From positions 37,324,001 to 37,388,000 of the forward strand of contig NC_042997.1 in the NCBI RefSeq assembly GCF_006345805.1: 64,000 bases of DNA. The letters run 5' to 3'. The position numbers and the translations under genes are program-made. Shown piece by piece: positions 1 through 12,486 of the stretch. The notes below the pieces were generated by a model that saw nothing but the letters and a program-made list of their open reading frames with translations, did no database searches and was not told the DNA's origin. This DNA is from Octopus sinensis. Taxonomy: Eukaryota. The first letter of the stretch is position 1. Each line of letters starts with the position of its first letter.

Positions 1-37
1 GACTTTTTATAGAATAGATATTATTACAACTATACAA

Positions 38-144
38 TAGTAGTGACAGTGGATTCGAACTCTCGGTTTGCAGTCGTGATTCGGACAGTTGGAGGATAGC
101 CTGCAGTTCGTAATTTCGATGCCAGAACTATACTACTAGATGCG

Positions 145-145
<1 letters not shown>
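38..145 (-). mobile_element. degenerate tRNA-derived SINE head
   Basis: Minus strand has a B-box-like GAGTTCGAATCC and an upstream A-box-like TAGTATAGT; no closable acceptor stem. Confidence 0.35.
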
Positions 146-243
<98 letters not shown>

Positions 244-449
244 GTATATGTATATGTATATATTACGTCATATGTAAACAAGCATAAGCCTGTATTGTAG
301 AACAAGTAGATACATATATTTTTGAACACGTAAATACTCAAGAGTATATATAAAGGATAAAATACTTTAAAGAGCTATTAAAATTATTTTATCCATTATA
401 TATGGGTTCAGTATTTCCGTATTGAATAAATATATTTTTCTACATGTTC

Positions 450-488
<39 letters not shown>

Positions 489-629
489 TAGAGAAGGACC
501 ACCATGTAGCAATTCAACAATGATATAATTAAATCATACCATATAGAAAAAAATTAAAGATACGGTTATACATTTACCTAGAAGTAAATAAAGTACGAAA
601 TAATAAATAGAGGGTATATAATTAGTAAA

Positions 630-715
630 TAGACTACACGCGTTTCGTGGCAATATTTTCAAACTGATAACAGTAAAATCAATTCAATTTAAATATAGTC
701 ACTCATCAGATCCAA
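630..715 (-). ncRNA. type I hammerhead ribozyme, Penelope-like-element type, intact core
   Basis: Minus: UGGAU-CUGAUGA-GUGAC...GCCAC-GAAA-C-GCGU-GUA-GUCUA. Stem I UGGAU/GUCUA, extended AU-rich stem II, minimal stem III with palindromic ACGCGU, GUA cleavage triplet (H17 at 635). Confidence 0.75.
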
Positions 716-1339
716 GGCATGAACAATAAAATAATTCAATAAATATACGTATATTATCTTATAAGAAAATATAAATATATATAAAAAATGCGTAATTTTT
801 CAATAAAACATCGAACAAAGTTCAATAATATATCTTAAAATGAAAACACGAAATATCTTATCAAATGTATTATTTTAACAAAACCTTTAAACGTAATACG
901 TAGGAATTATTGTTTATAATACATTTATCACGTTAAAAACGTGGTGTAAATAAAACTAGAATCAATAGATATAGATATTCATTTTATCTATGAAAATATA
1001 TTTTAGCATATAGAAGAAAAAAAACAAACTATAGTATATCATTACTGGAAATTGAAACACAAGTAATTAAAATGAATTATCTAAAACAATATATATGTGT
1101 GTGTGTGTGTGTGTGTGTATACACATATATATATATATATACAGAGAGAGAGAGAGAGAGAGAGATACAAAATACATAATATACATTAAGTGAAGCTAAA
1201 ACACTCTAATTTCATCTATATACATTAAATTATTAATTAATTAATTTAATAAGCATCTAAGTTAAGTCTTATTCTAATTAAGTAATATATACGAAAAAAA
1301 TGTCATGCTAAATTATATACATAATACTACTACAGACTA

Positions 1340-1882
1340 TTTTTATTTATTTCATTTATTTTTATTTTATCTAGTTTCAGCTCACGAGCTGTGGCCATGC
1401 TGGGGCACCGCAATTTGGTGTTGCTACATGATTTTACTTCACGAAGGCTTTTTAGCAACTGCCATTTGGTGCATGAGAGAGTTCGATGCAGCTGCCCACA
1501 TCTGCACCTCCTGCCGTGAAGTTGGTTCATCCGAGACACCTGACAGGAAGAGATCAAGTCCTACTTTAAAGACATCCGCATCCACCCCATGCAGGTCCCT
1601 CAGGTTCTTCGGGAGGATATTGAAGAGCTGTGGGCCTCGAAAGCCCAGGCTATCACAGTATCTTGTCCTACATCTTGATGGCAAATTTGGAGTCCTTGGC
1701 ACCACGCAGATGCGCCCAGTTCTGGCATTTGTGTAACTCTCGATGCCAAAGTTTAAGACAAGTCCTTCCAGGATCTTCCAGATGTATATTATGGCATATC
1801 TTTCTCGCCTACTCTCCAAGGAAAAGAGTTTTAATCTCTTGAGTCTTTCCCAGTAGCTTATATGCTGCACAGAGGCTATGGG
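1340..1882 (-). mobile_element. CR1/L2-group LINE 3' fragment (ORF2 C-terminus, 3'UTR, A-rich tail)
   Basis: ORF 1439-1906(-) contains SYWERLKRLKLFSLESRRERYAIIYIWKIL and GFRGPQLFNILP; same family as 56229-59058. Confidence 0.9.
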
Positions 1883-2355
1883 TGCAAAAATTAAAAATAG
1901 AAACATGGTTCATATATATACAAGCAAATTAGTTAAATTTATAATATAATTAATTCAATTTATATATAGATTTAATATTACATTCATTTATAGAATTAAC
2001 CAACGTTCAATTATTATTAAAAGTAATGACTAAAATTCAGTATGACATAACAGCTATAAATTCCTACCTATTCGATAAGATTTTGTCTTACTAAACTATT
2101 TCACAATGTAAATTATATGTAATACGTTAATTCACAAGTTAATAACAAAAACAAACAATAAGTAAATAAATACACGTATCGTAACTTATAATTATCAAAT
2201 AATAATATAGAAATCAATATTTTTACAATAATAATCGAACAAAATTCAATTCAAAATTCAATAATATTGTCATAAAAGGAATTCATTACTTATGTTATCT
2301 ATCTATCTGTATATAACTGTATATAACTATATATACATATATACATATATTTGTG

Positions 2356-2424
<69 letters not shown>

Positions 2425-2430
2425 ACAATA

Positions 2431-2560
2431 CTATGTGCAAAACCAAATATATGACACCCTAGGTATAACACCAACGTGAACTTCCAACTTGTTGTCTCTT
2501 GAGGTCTCTGGATGAGACTTGGACCCAACTTGTACAAATGTAAAGCATAAGTCAAACATA
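2431..2560 (+). mobile_element. probable 3' end of an R4/Dong-type LINE ending in (AAT)n
   Basis: Non-coding segment running directly into a 150-bp (AAT)n array; family assignment is by analogy with 36287-36767. Confidence 0.35.
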
Positions 2561-2561
2561 A

Positions 2562-2597
2562 AATAATAATAATAGTAATAATAATAATAATAATAAT

Positions 2598-2628
<31 letters not shown>

Positions 2629-2711
2629 TAATAATAATAATAATAATAACAACAATAATAATAATAATAACAACAACAATAATAATAATAATAACAGCAA
2701 TAATAATAATT
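2562..2711. repeat. (AAT)n/(AAC)n microsatellite
   Basis: Direct reading. Confidence 0.98.
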
Positions 2712-2850
2712 GTGCATTTGGAACTATTCCTAAAGAAACAAATGGTCAGAAGAAATAGGCATAAAACCTAATCTAGTGCAGCTGCATAACAGTTTTTTTA
2801 GTGAAATCTAGGATATTTGAAAGGGTCTTGTTGTTTAAGGTTACTTATTG
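2712..2850 (+). mobile_element. R4/Dong-type RLE LINE C-terminal relic
   Basis: Frameshifted AFGTIPK / EEIGIKPNLVQL / TVFL..SRIFERVL resembles the GALG..P..LQK..LLGTA.IL..VL terminus; starts at the (AAT)n edge. Confidence 0.55.
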
Positions 2851-2944
2851 GCGCCTGATGGCAGGAATGCTTTCCAACAGTCTAATCTGTTGGGCGTATA
2901 TAATATTAAAACTTTTCTGATAACAATTTTGACATAATGAACAG

Positions 2945-3077
2945 TGTTCAATTGGTATTTACTGCATCGAGCCGGTAAAACCGTAAAGCAAAGTCGACCT
3001 CATAGGAATTTGAACTGACAAGTTAAAGACGAACAAAACGCCGTTAAGCTTTTTTGCTCGTGCAAACGTTTGTGCCA
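2945..3077 (-). mobile_element. SINE-B, degenerate partial copy
   Basis: gcaaagtcgacctc..ggaatttgaact matches the copy at 7466-7702. Confidence 0.55.
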
Positions 3078-3437
3078 AAGATATTATTCTCTAATGTAGC
3101 ACGTTTACACCAACATATTTTCTAATAATTGATACAACAATAACCCCACACATTATACTGCAAATCATAGGTATATGTTGGCTGCGTAATTATTCACATT
3201 TTGCGTGACCATAAATACTTAATTTCGATGAATAATTGAGGTTGGATTAACCGCTTAATATTAACTTGCTACTAAATTATATTGCTATTTTTAGAAGGTA
3301 ACGAAGCAGAGTGTGTCCTTGCAAATTTCCTTCCAATCTAACACAAGAAACGCGACAATGTATCGAACCATTCATACCATTCATATATACACAAACCTAC
3401 ATAAATATACATATATATGCATATGCATATGTATTTT

Positions 3438-3485
<48 letters not shown>

Positions 3486-3545
3486 CATTTAAGTATATGC
3501 TTCCATACACGCATTCATGCATCCATACACACTCACGTTATATTT

Positions 3546-3592
<47 letters not shown>

Positions 3593-3600
3593 TATAGGTG

Positions 3601-3638
<38 letters not shown>

Positions 3639-4351
3639 CACACACACATATATGTATATAAAGGGAGAGAGAGAGACAGACAGACAGGGACAGACATACA
3701 GACTAACAGACAGGCGGCAAGACAAGGAGTGGATATAAGCTTTCCCAAACGATTCCGAATTAATATTTGTGTAGAGAACCCGAAATAATTTTCTCACTTT
3801 CTTCTCACCACTCAAGCACTTTTAGTACCTTTTTTCTAACGCTATATGTGTTCGTGCATGCGCACGTAAGCTTGCTGCAGCTTCTTCTATGCTGATTACG
3901 AATATTAAGTAAATAACTTTTGTCCACATTTGAAGCGTATTCCACACGACCAGACCTAGCATTCGTTAATGGCATGTCAATGGTGGAGAAATCTTGCCAA
4001 TAATACCATCTTTCTAATCAAGCGGTAGCCTTCTCAGAATGTCGGAGAATGCCGATAATGGCATTCTGCATCTGCTAAAAACGCAATATTTTCCTGCAAT
4101 GAAGCAGAGCAGGAAGACGGCTTAATATACAGGAAGAGTTACTCTACTAGCGGGTACAATTTGAACGTCTTATATTGCTTGCTAAAAATGTTATGCATTA
4201 CTTTCAGTATAACTATTTCATTCTGTGTGTATTCATTATACCTGTATCCGTCTTATTTTTTATCAAATACATGACATCATCAAATTTCAGCTTCCATTCT
4301 GGATTCATTTTCGTTTGCGTATAAAGGTACATACACATTTACCATGTGCTT

Positions 4352-4505
4352 AGGAAGCAAACTTCTCACCACGCAGCCACGCCTGAACCACGGTTCAGTT
4401 TCACTGTGTGGCACCTCAGGCTACTGCCTTCTACTATAGTGCCCATAACTTGTCGGTTCGGCAAGATATGCAAATAGAATAAGCATCAGGCATGAAAAAA
4501 TAGGT
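4352..4505 (+). mobile_element. SINE-A degenerate copy with inverted 5' head
   Basis: 4352-4385 is the reverse complement of the SINE-A A-box part; 4386-4505 continues in plus orientation. Confidence 0.55.
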
Positions 4506-4898
4506 TAAAATAAGTAAAACAAAATTATATATATATATATATAATTAGGTACAAAAAATTCTGGGTGAATACTTGATAACTGTAAGCACCTGTATATGCC
4601 CTTTAGTGGTGTAGGTAATAGGGCATATTTATCAAAAGAAAAACTGGATGCAAAGGATTTAGCGGTACATATGTTTCTGGCTTTATTGGACAGTTTATAT
4701 CAATGCATAATTGATGTAACATGTATATCAATAGCCTTCTTCAACCGCGCACAATTACCACATCAAAGACATGTATTACATTATAGCAGGTTTGAGAAGT
4801 TTGGCAAAAATACGGGTTTCGTTGGTGATGCAAATCCTCATAGTCGTATACAGCAGAGCGAGACACCAAAACAAAACGTCCATACCGTCTTTCAATAC

Positions 4899-4929
<31 letters not shown>

Positions 4930-5024
4930 ACTGTAATTTACAGATCAAAACATGAAAACAAAAGAAGAAGAGAGGTGTGTAAAAAAAAACAGATGTAGTA
5001 GTTTAAAGATCAGGAAAATTAAAA

Positions 5025-5043
5025 AGTCTTTTACGTTTCGAGC
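5025..5043 (-). ncRNA. 3' half of a minimal hammerhead motif (GCUC-GAAACGUA-AAAG)
   Basis: Matches the 3' half of the motif at 41523-41560; 5' core absent. Confidence 0.35.
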
Positions 5044-5073
5044 ACCAAACGCACCAGTTTGATTTCCACTACA

Positions 5074-5225
5074 ACTATTTGAAATGCTGCAAGATGCAAG
5101 GAAAATTTTAGTAAAAATAAATTAATTAATGAGCAGAAATCAGACCGGTGAATCTGTTCAATTAATAAGGCACTAAAAGAGAATGGCTATCCCCAGAGCA
5201 CAATAAAATACGCTTCAACACACGG
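5074..5225 (+). repeat. dispersed ~150-bp repeat with hammerhead-like head, copy 1 of 3
   Basis: Aligns with 21107-21255(+) and 50665-50790(-). Confidence 0.8.
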
Positions 5226-5409
5226 ATTCGCATATATGTATATATATATACATATGCGTGGAAGACATATTTGCCATTCAGAAACAGTAAAACACGGTTG
5301 ACTTTACTGGAATATTGACAGTTTGTAATATGGTGTGGAAGAACGTAGGCTCCAAACATTAAAGACCTTTTCACTTCCCGAGCATTAAGCTAATACATCT
5401 GTTTATTAT

Positions 5410-5772
5410 ATGGTAAGAAGCTTGCTTCCCATCAGCGTGAGTTGGGGATCTGCATTGCAAATTGGGCCACTGTCTGCTACTATAGCTTCGGGCCTACCAA
5501 AGCTTTGTGAGTGGATTTGATAATACATATGTGTGCATGTGTGTGTATGTGTGTGTGTGTGTGAGTGCGTGTGTGTGTGTGTGTGTGTGTTTGTTTGTTT
5601 GTGCGTTTACGTCCACGTAAATAAGCGCAAAAAAGATCGATAGAATAAGTAGTAATCTTTTAAAAAATAAGAGCTGGGATCGATTTGTTCGACCAAAACA
5701 CTTCAAAATTGTTCTGAAGCATGGCCACGATAAAATGACTGAAACAAGTAAAAGAATAAAAGAACAAGAATA
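5410..5772 (+). mobile_element. SINE-A (tRNA head, internal microsatellite, LINE-like tail), old copy
   Basis: tggtaagaagcttgcttccc head, gtgagtggattt, (TG)n, tail catggcc..tgactgaaacaagtaaaaga. Confidence 0.8.
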
Positions 5773-7465
5773 TAGATATATATTCATATTAAGGGAATGT
5801 AACAGGTAAAATCCAGGCTCCACATACTTAATAGCTAGTAAATTCTCTGCTGTAATAATTCCTCAACCAAGGGTACTCAGCTAGTTGCTCATCAGCTCCG
5901 TGATACCTTAATTTTATGAAGGTTACATTGTCGTTTGGAAATCCCAAGTTAACATAACGTAGAGGTATTCTGAGATGATGTAATTACAAATTTTGGTTAT
6001 GTTTATAATTCGTATATCTTACATTATCTGGACATAGAGGATGGGATTCCATTGAGATATAATAACAAATATTCTTGAAATTTTGCCTGAAATTCTAGAT
6101 ATTTTAAGGCATTTATCTACTACCAGCGAAAGTATCAAAATATATTTTATACTAATTTTTTTTTATTTGTATCTGATATAGACATATTTTCCAATATCCA
6201 GCTTTTAAATCGACATAAATTTATAATTTATATATTCCCTTTCTGTGAATTTATATGTAAATTGCATGTATAAAGAAAAGTTCAAGTGTCTGTATTGTGG
6301 AGTTGACACAAATAATCTAAAATGTCTTGAATCTTCAATATATCTAAGGATATCTGAATTATGAGTTATAAGGCTAAATGCGAAAAACTATATTTAGGTT
6401 ATAATGCAAATGAAAGGAATATATAGTAAAGTAAATAATGTCTCCGATTCTGTTCATAATGAATAACATACATATTAAATTTAATTACTGCGCAAGATTT
6501 ATGATTTTGTTGTACTTTTATGTTTGTTCACGAGAAAGATAGGCAAAATGGAATATTTCCACAGATATGGTTCTCCAAGGAGTGCCGCCGCGAACAATAT
6601 ATCAGTTTACAGCATTTCTATAATGAATTGTATAATATTAACATGATCATCCTCGTGCATCCATATCCATTTCTTTTTATTATTGGATGTTAACACCTTT
6701 AAAAGGGAAGTTCATAAACAGCTAAATTGCATACACAAAGGTGAACAGCATTTAGTTTCTAGAGCTACTATCGCATTAACCCTTTTACTTGCTATTTAGC
6801 TATTAAAAAAATAAAAGTTTCTTTTCTCTCATATGAAGTTAAATGACCTTGAAAAAATGACCATCTCAAATATTTATGTTGCATAGTGTTTAAGGGTCGA
6901 AATTTACGGTAAGTAATGCATACGTTAAACTCTAACAACGTGTTCAGCACCATCATTATTCCGAATGATGCAGTGCAGAGAATTTGCCTCAACGTTTTTA
7001 AAGAATTTCTAACTTACAATGAAATATTTATTAAGAAGTCATGCTTAATAGCAACGCATCTCTTGTGACACCTCGGAACACCTGGAAATGGTATGACACT
7101 ATTTTTTATAAAGACTCACTCTCAACTAAAAAAAGAACGCTGTTTCACACGTGTGCTCCTTGTTTGCTTTATCTCCTTGCGTTGTGCTCTCAAAATGAGG
7201 GGCCAAAATGTGTACTACAGATGAGTATACGCGTATACAAATACCTGAGTTTAAGAATCCCGGAATTTCGTCGCAGAACTGATATTGCATTCATCCAATC
7301 TCCTTCGCCTAAATGTTTTAGCTGCTAAAACATAAATGAACATATAGTAGATTATCAATATTAATGTGTATGGTGTCAAATTTAAGTCTACTAAGTACCA
7401 CATATATTTCCATCTATGGAGTTTCGAACATTTGGACGGTAGTTGTACCAGAAACTTTCTAAATA

Positions 7466-7702
7466 CATATTTCTTTACTACCCACAAGGAGCTAAACACA
7501 GAGAGGACAAACAAGGACAGACAAACGGATTAAGTCGATTACATCGACCCCAGTGCGTAGCTGGTAGTTATTTAATCGACCCCGAAAGGATGAAAGGCAA
7601 AGTCGACCTCGACGGAATTTGAACTCAGAACGGAACGGCAGACGAAATACGGCTACGCATTACGCCCGGCCTGCTAACGTTTCTGCCAGCTCGCCGCCTT
7701 TT
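7466..7702 (-). mobile_element. SINE-B, full length, with 14-bp TSD
   Basis: Head ggcggcgagctggcagaaacgttagc, B-box gagttcaaattcc; TSD aaactttctaaata at 7452-7465 and 7703-7716. Confidence 0.92.
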
Positions 7703-9109
7703 AAACTTTCTAAATATAAATTAGCTTTCAAAATAGGTATGCGACAAATGGTGCACGTTTCTATGTATAGAAATATGTTTACAAGTGTGCGCGCACACGC
7801 ACACACAAACACACATACACACATAGGTATACACCTGTACACGTAGACATTCAAATATATATATGAATGTGTATGTGTGTGTACATATATCTAAATATAC
7901 ATTAAGTTAAATTAGATAGGGTATATAATATCACTTGGTACAATCAGAGCCATTGCTACAAAAGCCATCATAAAATTTACGTTAAAGATACATACAAGCA
8001 ATGCAGCGAAAATTTCAGAGATAGGCCAACCCTTGCTTTTGAATACATAGACAAATAATTCATATTTCAATACCAACTGATTTCACGCTTTGCATGATAA
8101 ACATGCTTTGCGATCTCCTGTTGAAAACAGAATTTAACATCTATTTCTAAAATATTCACTACGTTAGCTCCTATGCGTTCCTAACTTTAAACGAATATGT
8201 ATATATATGTTTATGTATTAATATATATATATATGTATATATATATATGTGTGTGTGTGTGTATGTGTGTGTGTGCGTGCGTGTGTGTGTGTATGTGTGT
8301 GTGCATGTGTCTGTGTCTGGTGTAAGTATGTATGAAGGTAATTCTTCATTAACAACCTACATCGAATGTTGTCTTAATGTAAGTAATTAATAAATTTTCA
8401 AATTTTTTTGTTTTTCTGCGTATTCACGACGTCAGATATGAAATTCATATCGTATTTAATTTTCAATTTACTTTTTTAATATGACAGTCAGAGCTAATTA
8501 ATTTCTCCCAGTTACGAAATATATTTTCACATTTTTAATAAAATAGATTTATATCATTGTTACCTGATTCAGCATATCATCTGTCACGAGAATTTTTTTT
8601 AAATTTATATACTTTTATGTAGCGGTCATAGATATAAATCTTTCATCTTTTTGATTAGTGTCTCACTATGAGAAGTGAATGTTATTATTCTTAAATTCAT
8701 AGCAAATGAAATGTTTGAGAAGCCCACATTTATACGAAGAACACAGAAGCTGTGCTTAATCAGCATTTCACTTAAAGTATCTAATAAATACAAAAATATT
8801 AACTTTTTACTAGTAGCTGTTCACTGGTCGGCTGAAATGGTTCTTTATATTCGGTTACATAGAGATAAAAACGGGTTGAAGGTTTTGGTTTGCTTAACAT
8901 TTCATGCTTGTTCAAAAATACCATCCTATTATTGAAGGTTCTTGGAACGTTCCGACAAGCTGAACTTTTAGAATAACATTTTGACCAATCCGTATGCAAC
9001 TTAAACATCAAGGTTTGACAGGTACCGATATTCTGTAACTTGTTTATATTTATATGCTAGAGATATTTTAAAATCCACATCATTAATTGGTTGTAATATT
9101 ATAGCTGTT

Positions 9110-9420
9110 CTTTTCATTCAGAACAGGTTTGAACATTTTAATAAACCGTTTTTCTTCTATCTTTCTTCCAACTTCACTTGTGTCATAGCTTGTGGGAAGG
9201 AAAAATTAGAAACATTTCCTGACCATATGTCTCTATATATTTGCTCAGTGGAATTTGTCGAACATTGGTTTTCTGGATTTGTTGTCTGTGGACTCGTGAA
9301 CGTTCCAATAATGCATTCTCTGTCTCACCTGTATATTATTCCTTACTATCCGGATATTTAACGCAGTTCCGACAAATGTTTTGGATATCTTCCTCCAATT
9401 CCTGATGGTTGACTATAGAT
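9110..9420 (-). mobile_element. Penelope-like GIY-YIG endonuclease relic
   Basis: Minus translation KE*YTGETENALLERSRVHRQQIQKTNVRQIPLSKYI, then RKIEEKRFIKMFKPVLN in another frame. Confidence 0.55.
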
Positions 9421-9560
9421 GCTAGATGTGAATTTTTCCTCTTTCATCAATAATCAAAGTTGGTCACTGTCTATATTTCTTGTTGACTGATTAGTACATA
9501 GACAATTGACGTTTTTCTTTTTGGTCTTACACAGCATTTAGCTACCTTAATTATTTTATG

Positions 9561-9596
<36 letters not shown>

Positions 9597-9837
9597 CGTG
9601 TGTGTGTGAGTGTGTGTGTTTGTGTATATATGTGTGTGTGCATGTGTGTGTGTATTTTCTAGTGCTAATCATTGGATGTTCTCCGATAATTAGTACCTTA
9701 CACTCTTGAAGTCGCAGTTTTCGCCATAGATGTTTTCATCGTTTCAGCATAAGAGAGAAATGTTAACAATGCAAAGAAAATGGAGAATGTGTACACAGAA
9801 TAATGAATATATTTATAATAATAATAATTAATTCATG

Positions 9838-9912
9838 TTGCGTACGCGCGGATCGGTTCTAGTTACTTAAATTCATATTATGAAATTTAATTGCCGAAAC
9901 GCGCGTAAGCAA
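9838..9912. repeat. 75-bp imperfect palindrome/hairpin
   Basis: ttgcgtacgcgcggatcgg vs ccgaaacgcgcgtaagcaa (16/19 complementary) around ttaaattcata/tatgaaatttaa. Confidence 0.8.
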
Positions 9913-10187
9913 TGGAGATGATTAGTCAAAGCTTCGTTGTGAATATAATGTTCCTGTTTTATGTCATCTTGTCAAAGTACAACATATTCTTTGGCATTCG
10001 ATCCATTGAAATGCCTATGTTCTACTTCAAAAACGTTTGAAAGCTTCACTACATTTTTAAGACGGTACCAACTTAAATCAGGTAAGCAAATTATCTCCAA
10101 CTAAGGTTTTTGAAGCAATTTTAAATTGAAAAAATCAAGTTTGTATTTGTGCATTTCTGAATATATAATTTTTGGCATATACGATCA

Positions 10188-10370
10188 TTCTCTCTCTCTC
10201 TCTCTCCCTCTCTCTATTTATATCTCTTTCTTTCTCTCTCTTTCTCTCTTCTTGTCTCTTTTTACCTCTCTCTTTCTTTCTCTCTCTTTCTCTCTCTCTC
10301 TGTATACATGTGTGTACTTGCGTGTGTGTGTTGTGTGTGTGTGTGTGTGTGTGTTTGTGTGTGTGTGTAC
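10188..10370. repeat. compound (CT)n/(GT)n low-complexity tract
   Basis: Direct reading. Confidence 0.95.
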
Positions 10371-10791
10371 TTTGACAGAAAGAGATGCAGAGAGGGAGGA
10401 AGATGACTGAAGCACAAGCTGATGCAATGTGAGTTCCATAGCTATACTTGAGTCCAATTAGAATATCTGAAATTCGATACGAACTGAAATTTTATAGATA
10501 ATTTATATTGAAATTTGATGAACTTGAAGATAAATGATTTAATAATGGACAGGTTTTGCAATGAAAGATAGTAATTCGGTGAAGAAAACTTGACATGTTT
10601 GTCCGGTTTGGCTATCCAAAGGTAAGGGAAATATTCAGCTAATACACTCTGACAAAACAGTACATTCCCTAAAGTGAAGAACAACGACATTTATGAGGCA
10701 GGGATCTCCTCTAGAGTGAGGCCGGGGCTTTTCCTATCAAAGTAAGACTTTTTCCTTCAATCTAAAAATATCAGAAACTATTCATCCTTAC

Positions 10792-10962
10792 CTCAGAAGA
10801 GTTGTCACTTTGGGTTGCTAATGATCTCCTTAGTCTGCCACTTATTGCAGTTTCACGTAGCTTTTGGCAGTGACAAACTATTCTCTGGGGCGCAGCATTG
10901 GGTATAATCCTTATGTCGAAATGCATCCAAAGATTAAAAAGCTTAACACGTTTAGAGCACAT
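10792..10962 (-). CDS. candidate exon, 57 codons (MCSKRVKLFNLWMHF...LATQSDNSSE), unknown product
   Basis: Acceptor actttcagtgacag, open frame, donor GAG|gtaagg; no recognisable homology. Confidence 0.2.
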
Positions 10963-11292
10963 CTGTCACTGAAAGTTATAGAACTCTAATATTCGAAGTA
11001 TTAAGTTTTTCCAACTTTTTTTAGCGTTTAGTAACTAAATGGCAATTGTAATCTACAATGATAGTTCAAGAATCTAAATGCACGAATAAAAGTTTTGATG
11101 ATGGCTACGTCATTTTTAACATCAGTTAGGATGGAAACGAGTGTAACATTATTCTCTCGGTTATTTCAAAATTAAAGACACGAAGAAACCGATTATAAAA
11201 TATTTCAGGCCACCACAGCAACCAATGAGCGAAGAGAATCACAGAAATATACATATTGCATGCAACTTAATGTTAATATGTGCATTATATTA

Positions 11293-11475
11293 AGGCAGTT
11301 AGGTAGCAGAATCGTTAGCACACCAGACAGAATACACTCAGAGTTTAAATTCGGCTGAGGTGTTGCTTTCGATCACTTCGGGCTGGAAAAAATAAACATC
11401 AGTCGAATACTGAAGTCGGTATAACCAACCTAACCCTCCCCTAACATTGCTGTTCCTATGCCAAAATTTGAAGCC
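11293..11475 (+). mobile_element. SINE-B-related old copy
   Basis: gcagaatcgttagcac..gagtttaaattc..gagg head similar to 19519-19747. Confidence 0.55.
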
Positions 11476-12302
11476 AAGATGTATATTATGTTCTTTTATG
11501 AGACAAAAGAGGAATTTTTATTTACTTTAGATTCTCTCTACTTACATATAAAGTATTCTTTCTTACATAGTTTAATAGTTCATAACTGATCGTAACGTTT
11601 TATACCTATGACTCTAATGATTCCCTATATGCAAGAACATTGTGTATAATTTCATAACTGTGATACAATCTCATTGTGATACAATCCCGGAGTCTTCTGC
11701 ATACATGCTAATAACACATAAATTATAGGCAGCGAAAGCTGTATAAATGATATATTTTTCTCGCTTTAATATTCAACATAGGATAGTTTGTTTGAATCAC
11801 ATAGAAATGAAATAACTCGTCTAAAATATACATCAATACTTCCACCATTGAAGAATGTTTGCCATAAACTTTTATGAATTACGCATAATTTCTTAAGTAA
11901 AGTTTTCTAGAATATATGTCATTATATATAAATGGTATCTAATCGGCTTTTTGCAACAGTGTGTGTCTCAGTACTTTAATATACGATGTAAAACTACGCA
12001 GATATGTACCTCAGGCTGTCTTTCCATACGTTCATGCAATGCAAACGAGTTATTTTGTTTTATCTTTGCATAATGGCTGTCTAAATCGCAAAACCTAGCG
12101 CAGGCAGTGTCAATTCAAAGTAGCAATGACCAGAGATCACGGGATTTACTACTGAATATTCACTGCACAATGTATGCATATATGTCATTTCATACACCCA
12201 TTATATAACCAGTGTGATAATAAAAAGTGTTAGTTCCTAAAATGTATCCTGTATATGTTCTGTATCTTACGAATATTTCTGTAGGAAAATTGACCAATTT
12301 GA

Positions 12303-12378
<76 letters not shown>

Positions 12379-12436
12379 TCATGTGTGTGTGCATGTGTGC
12401 TTATATACATGCGTATATATATATACATATACATTT

Positions 12437-12486
<50 letters not shown>

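Noticed and set aside
1305-1842. Plus-strand ORFs 1305-1736 and 1630-1842 (also 27402-27632, 33885-34070, 56336-56521, 57660-58043)
   Set aside because: Antisense shadows of retroelement ORFs.
4596-4955. 119-aa plus-strand ORF
   Set aside because: No recognisable motif, it ends in a (TA)n, and its length is within chance range.
5880-5900. CTGATGA on the minus strand (also at ~28139)
   Set aside because: No stem II plus GAAA downstream, so not a hammerhead.
10381-10970. Protein-looking plus-strand frame and ORF 10442-10690(-)
   Set aside because: Numerous stops on plus and no homology recognised; only the 10792-10962 candidate is kept, at low confidence.
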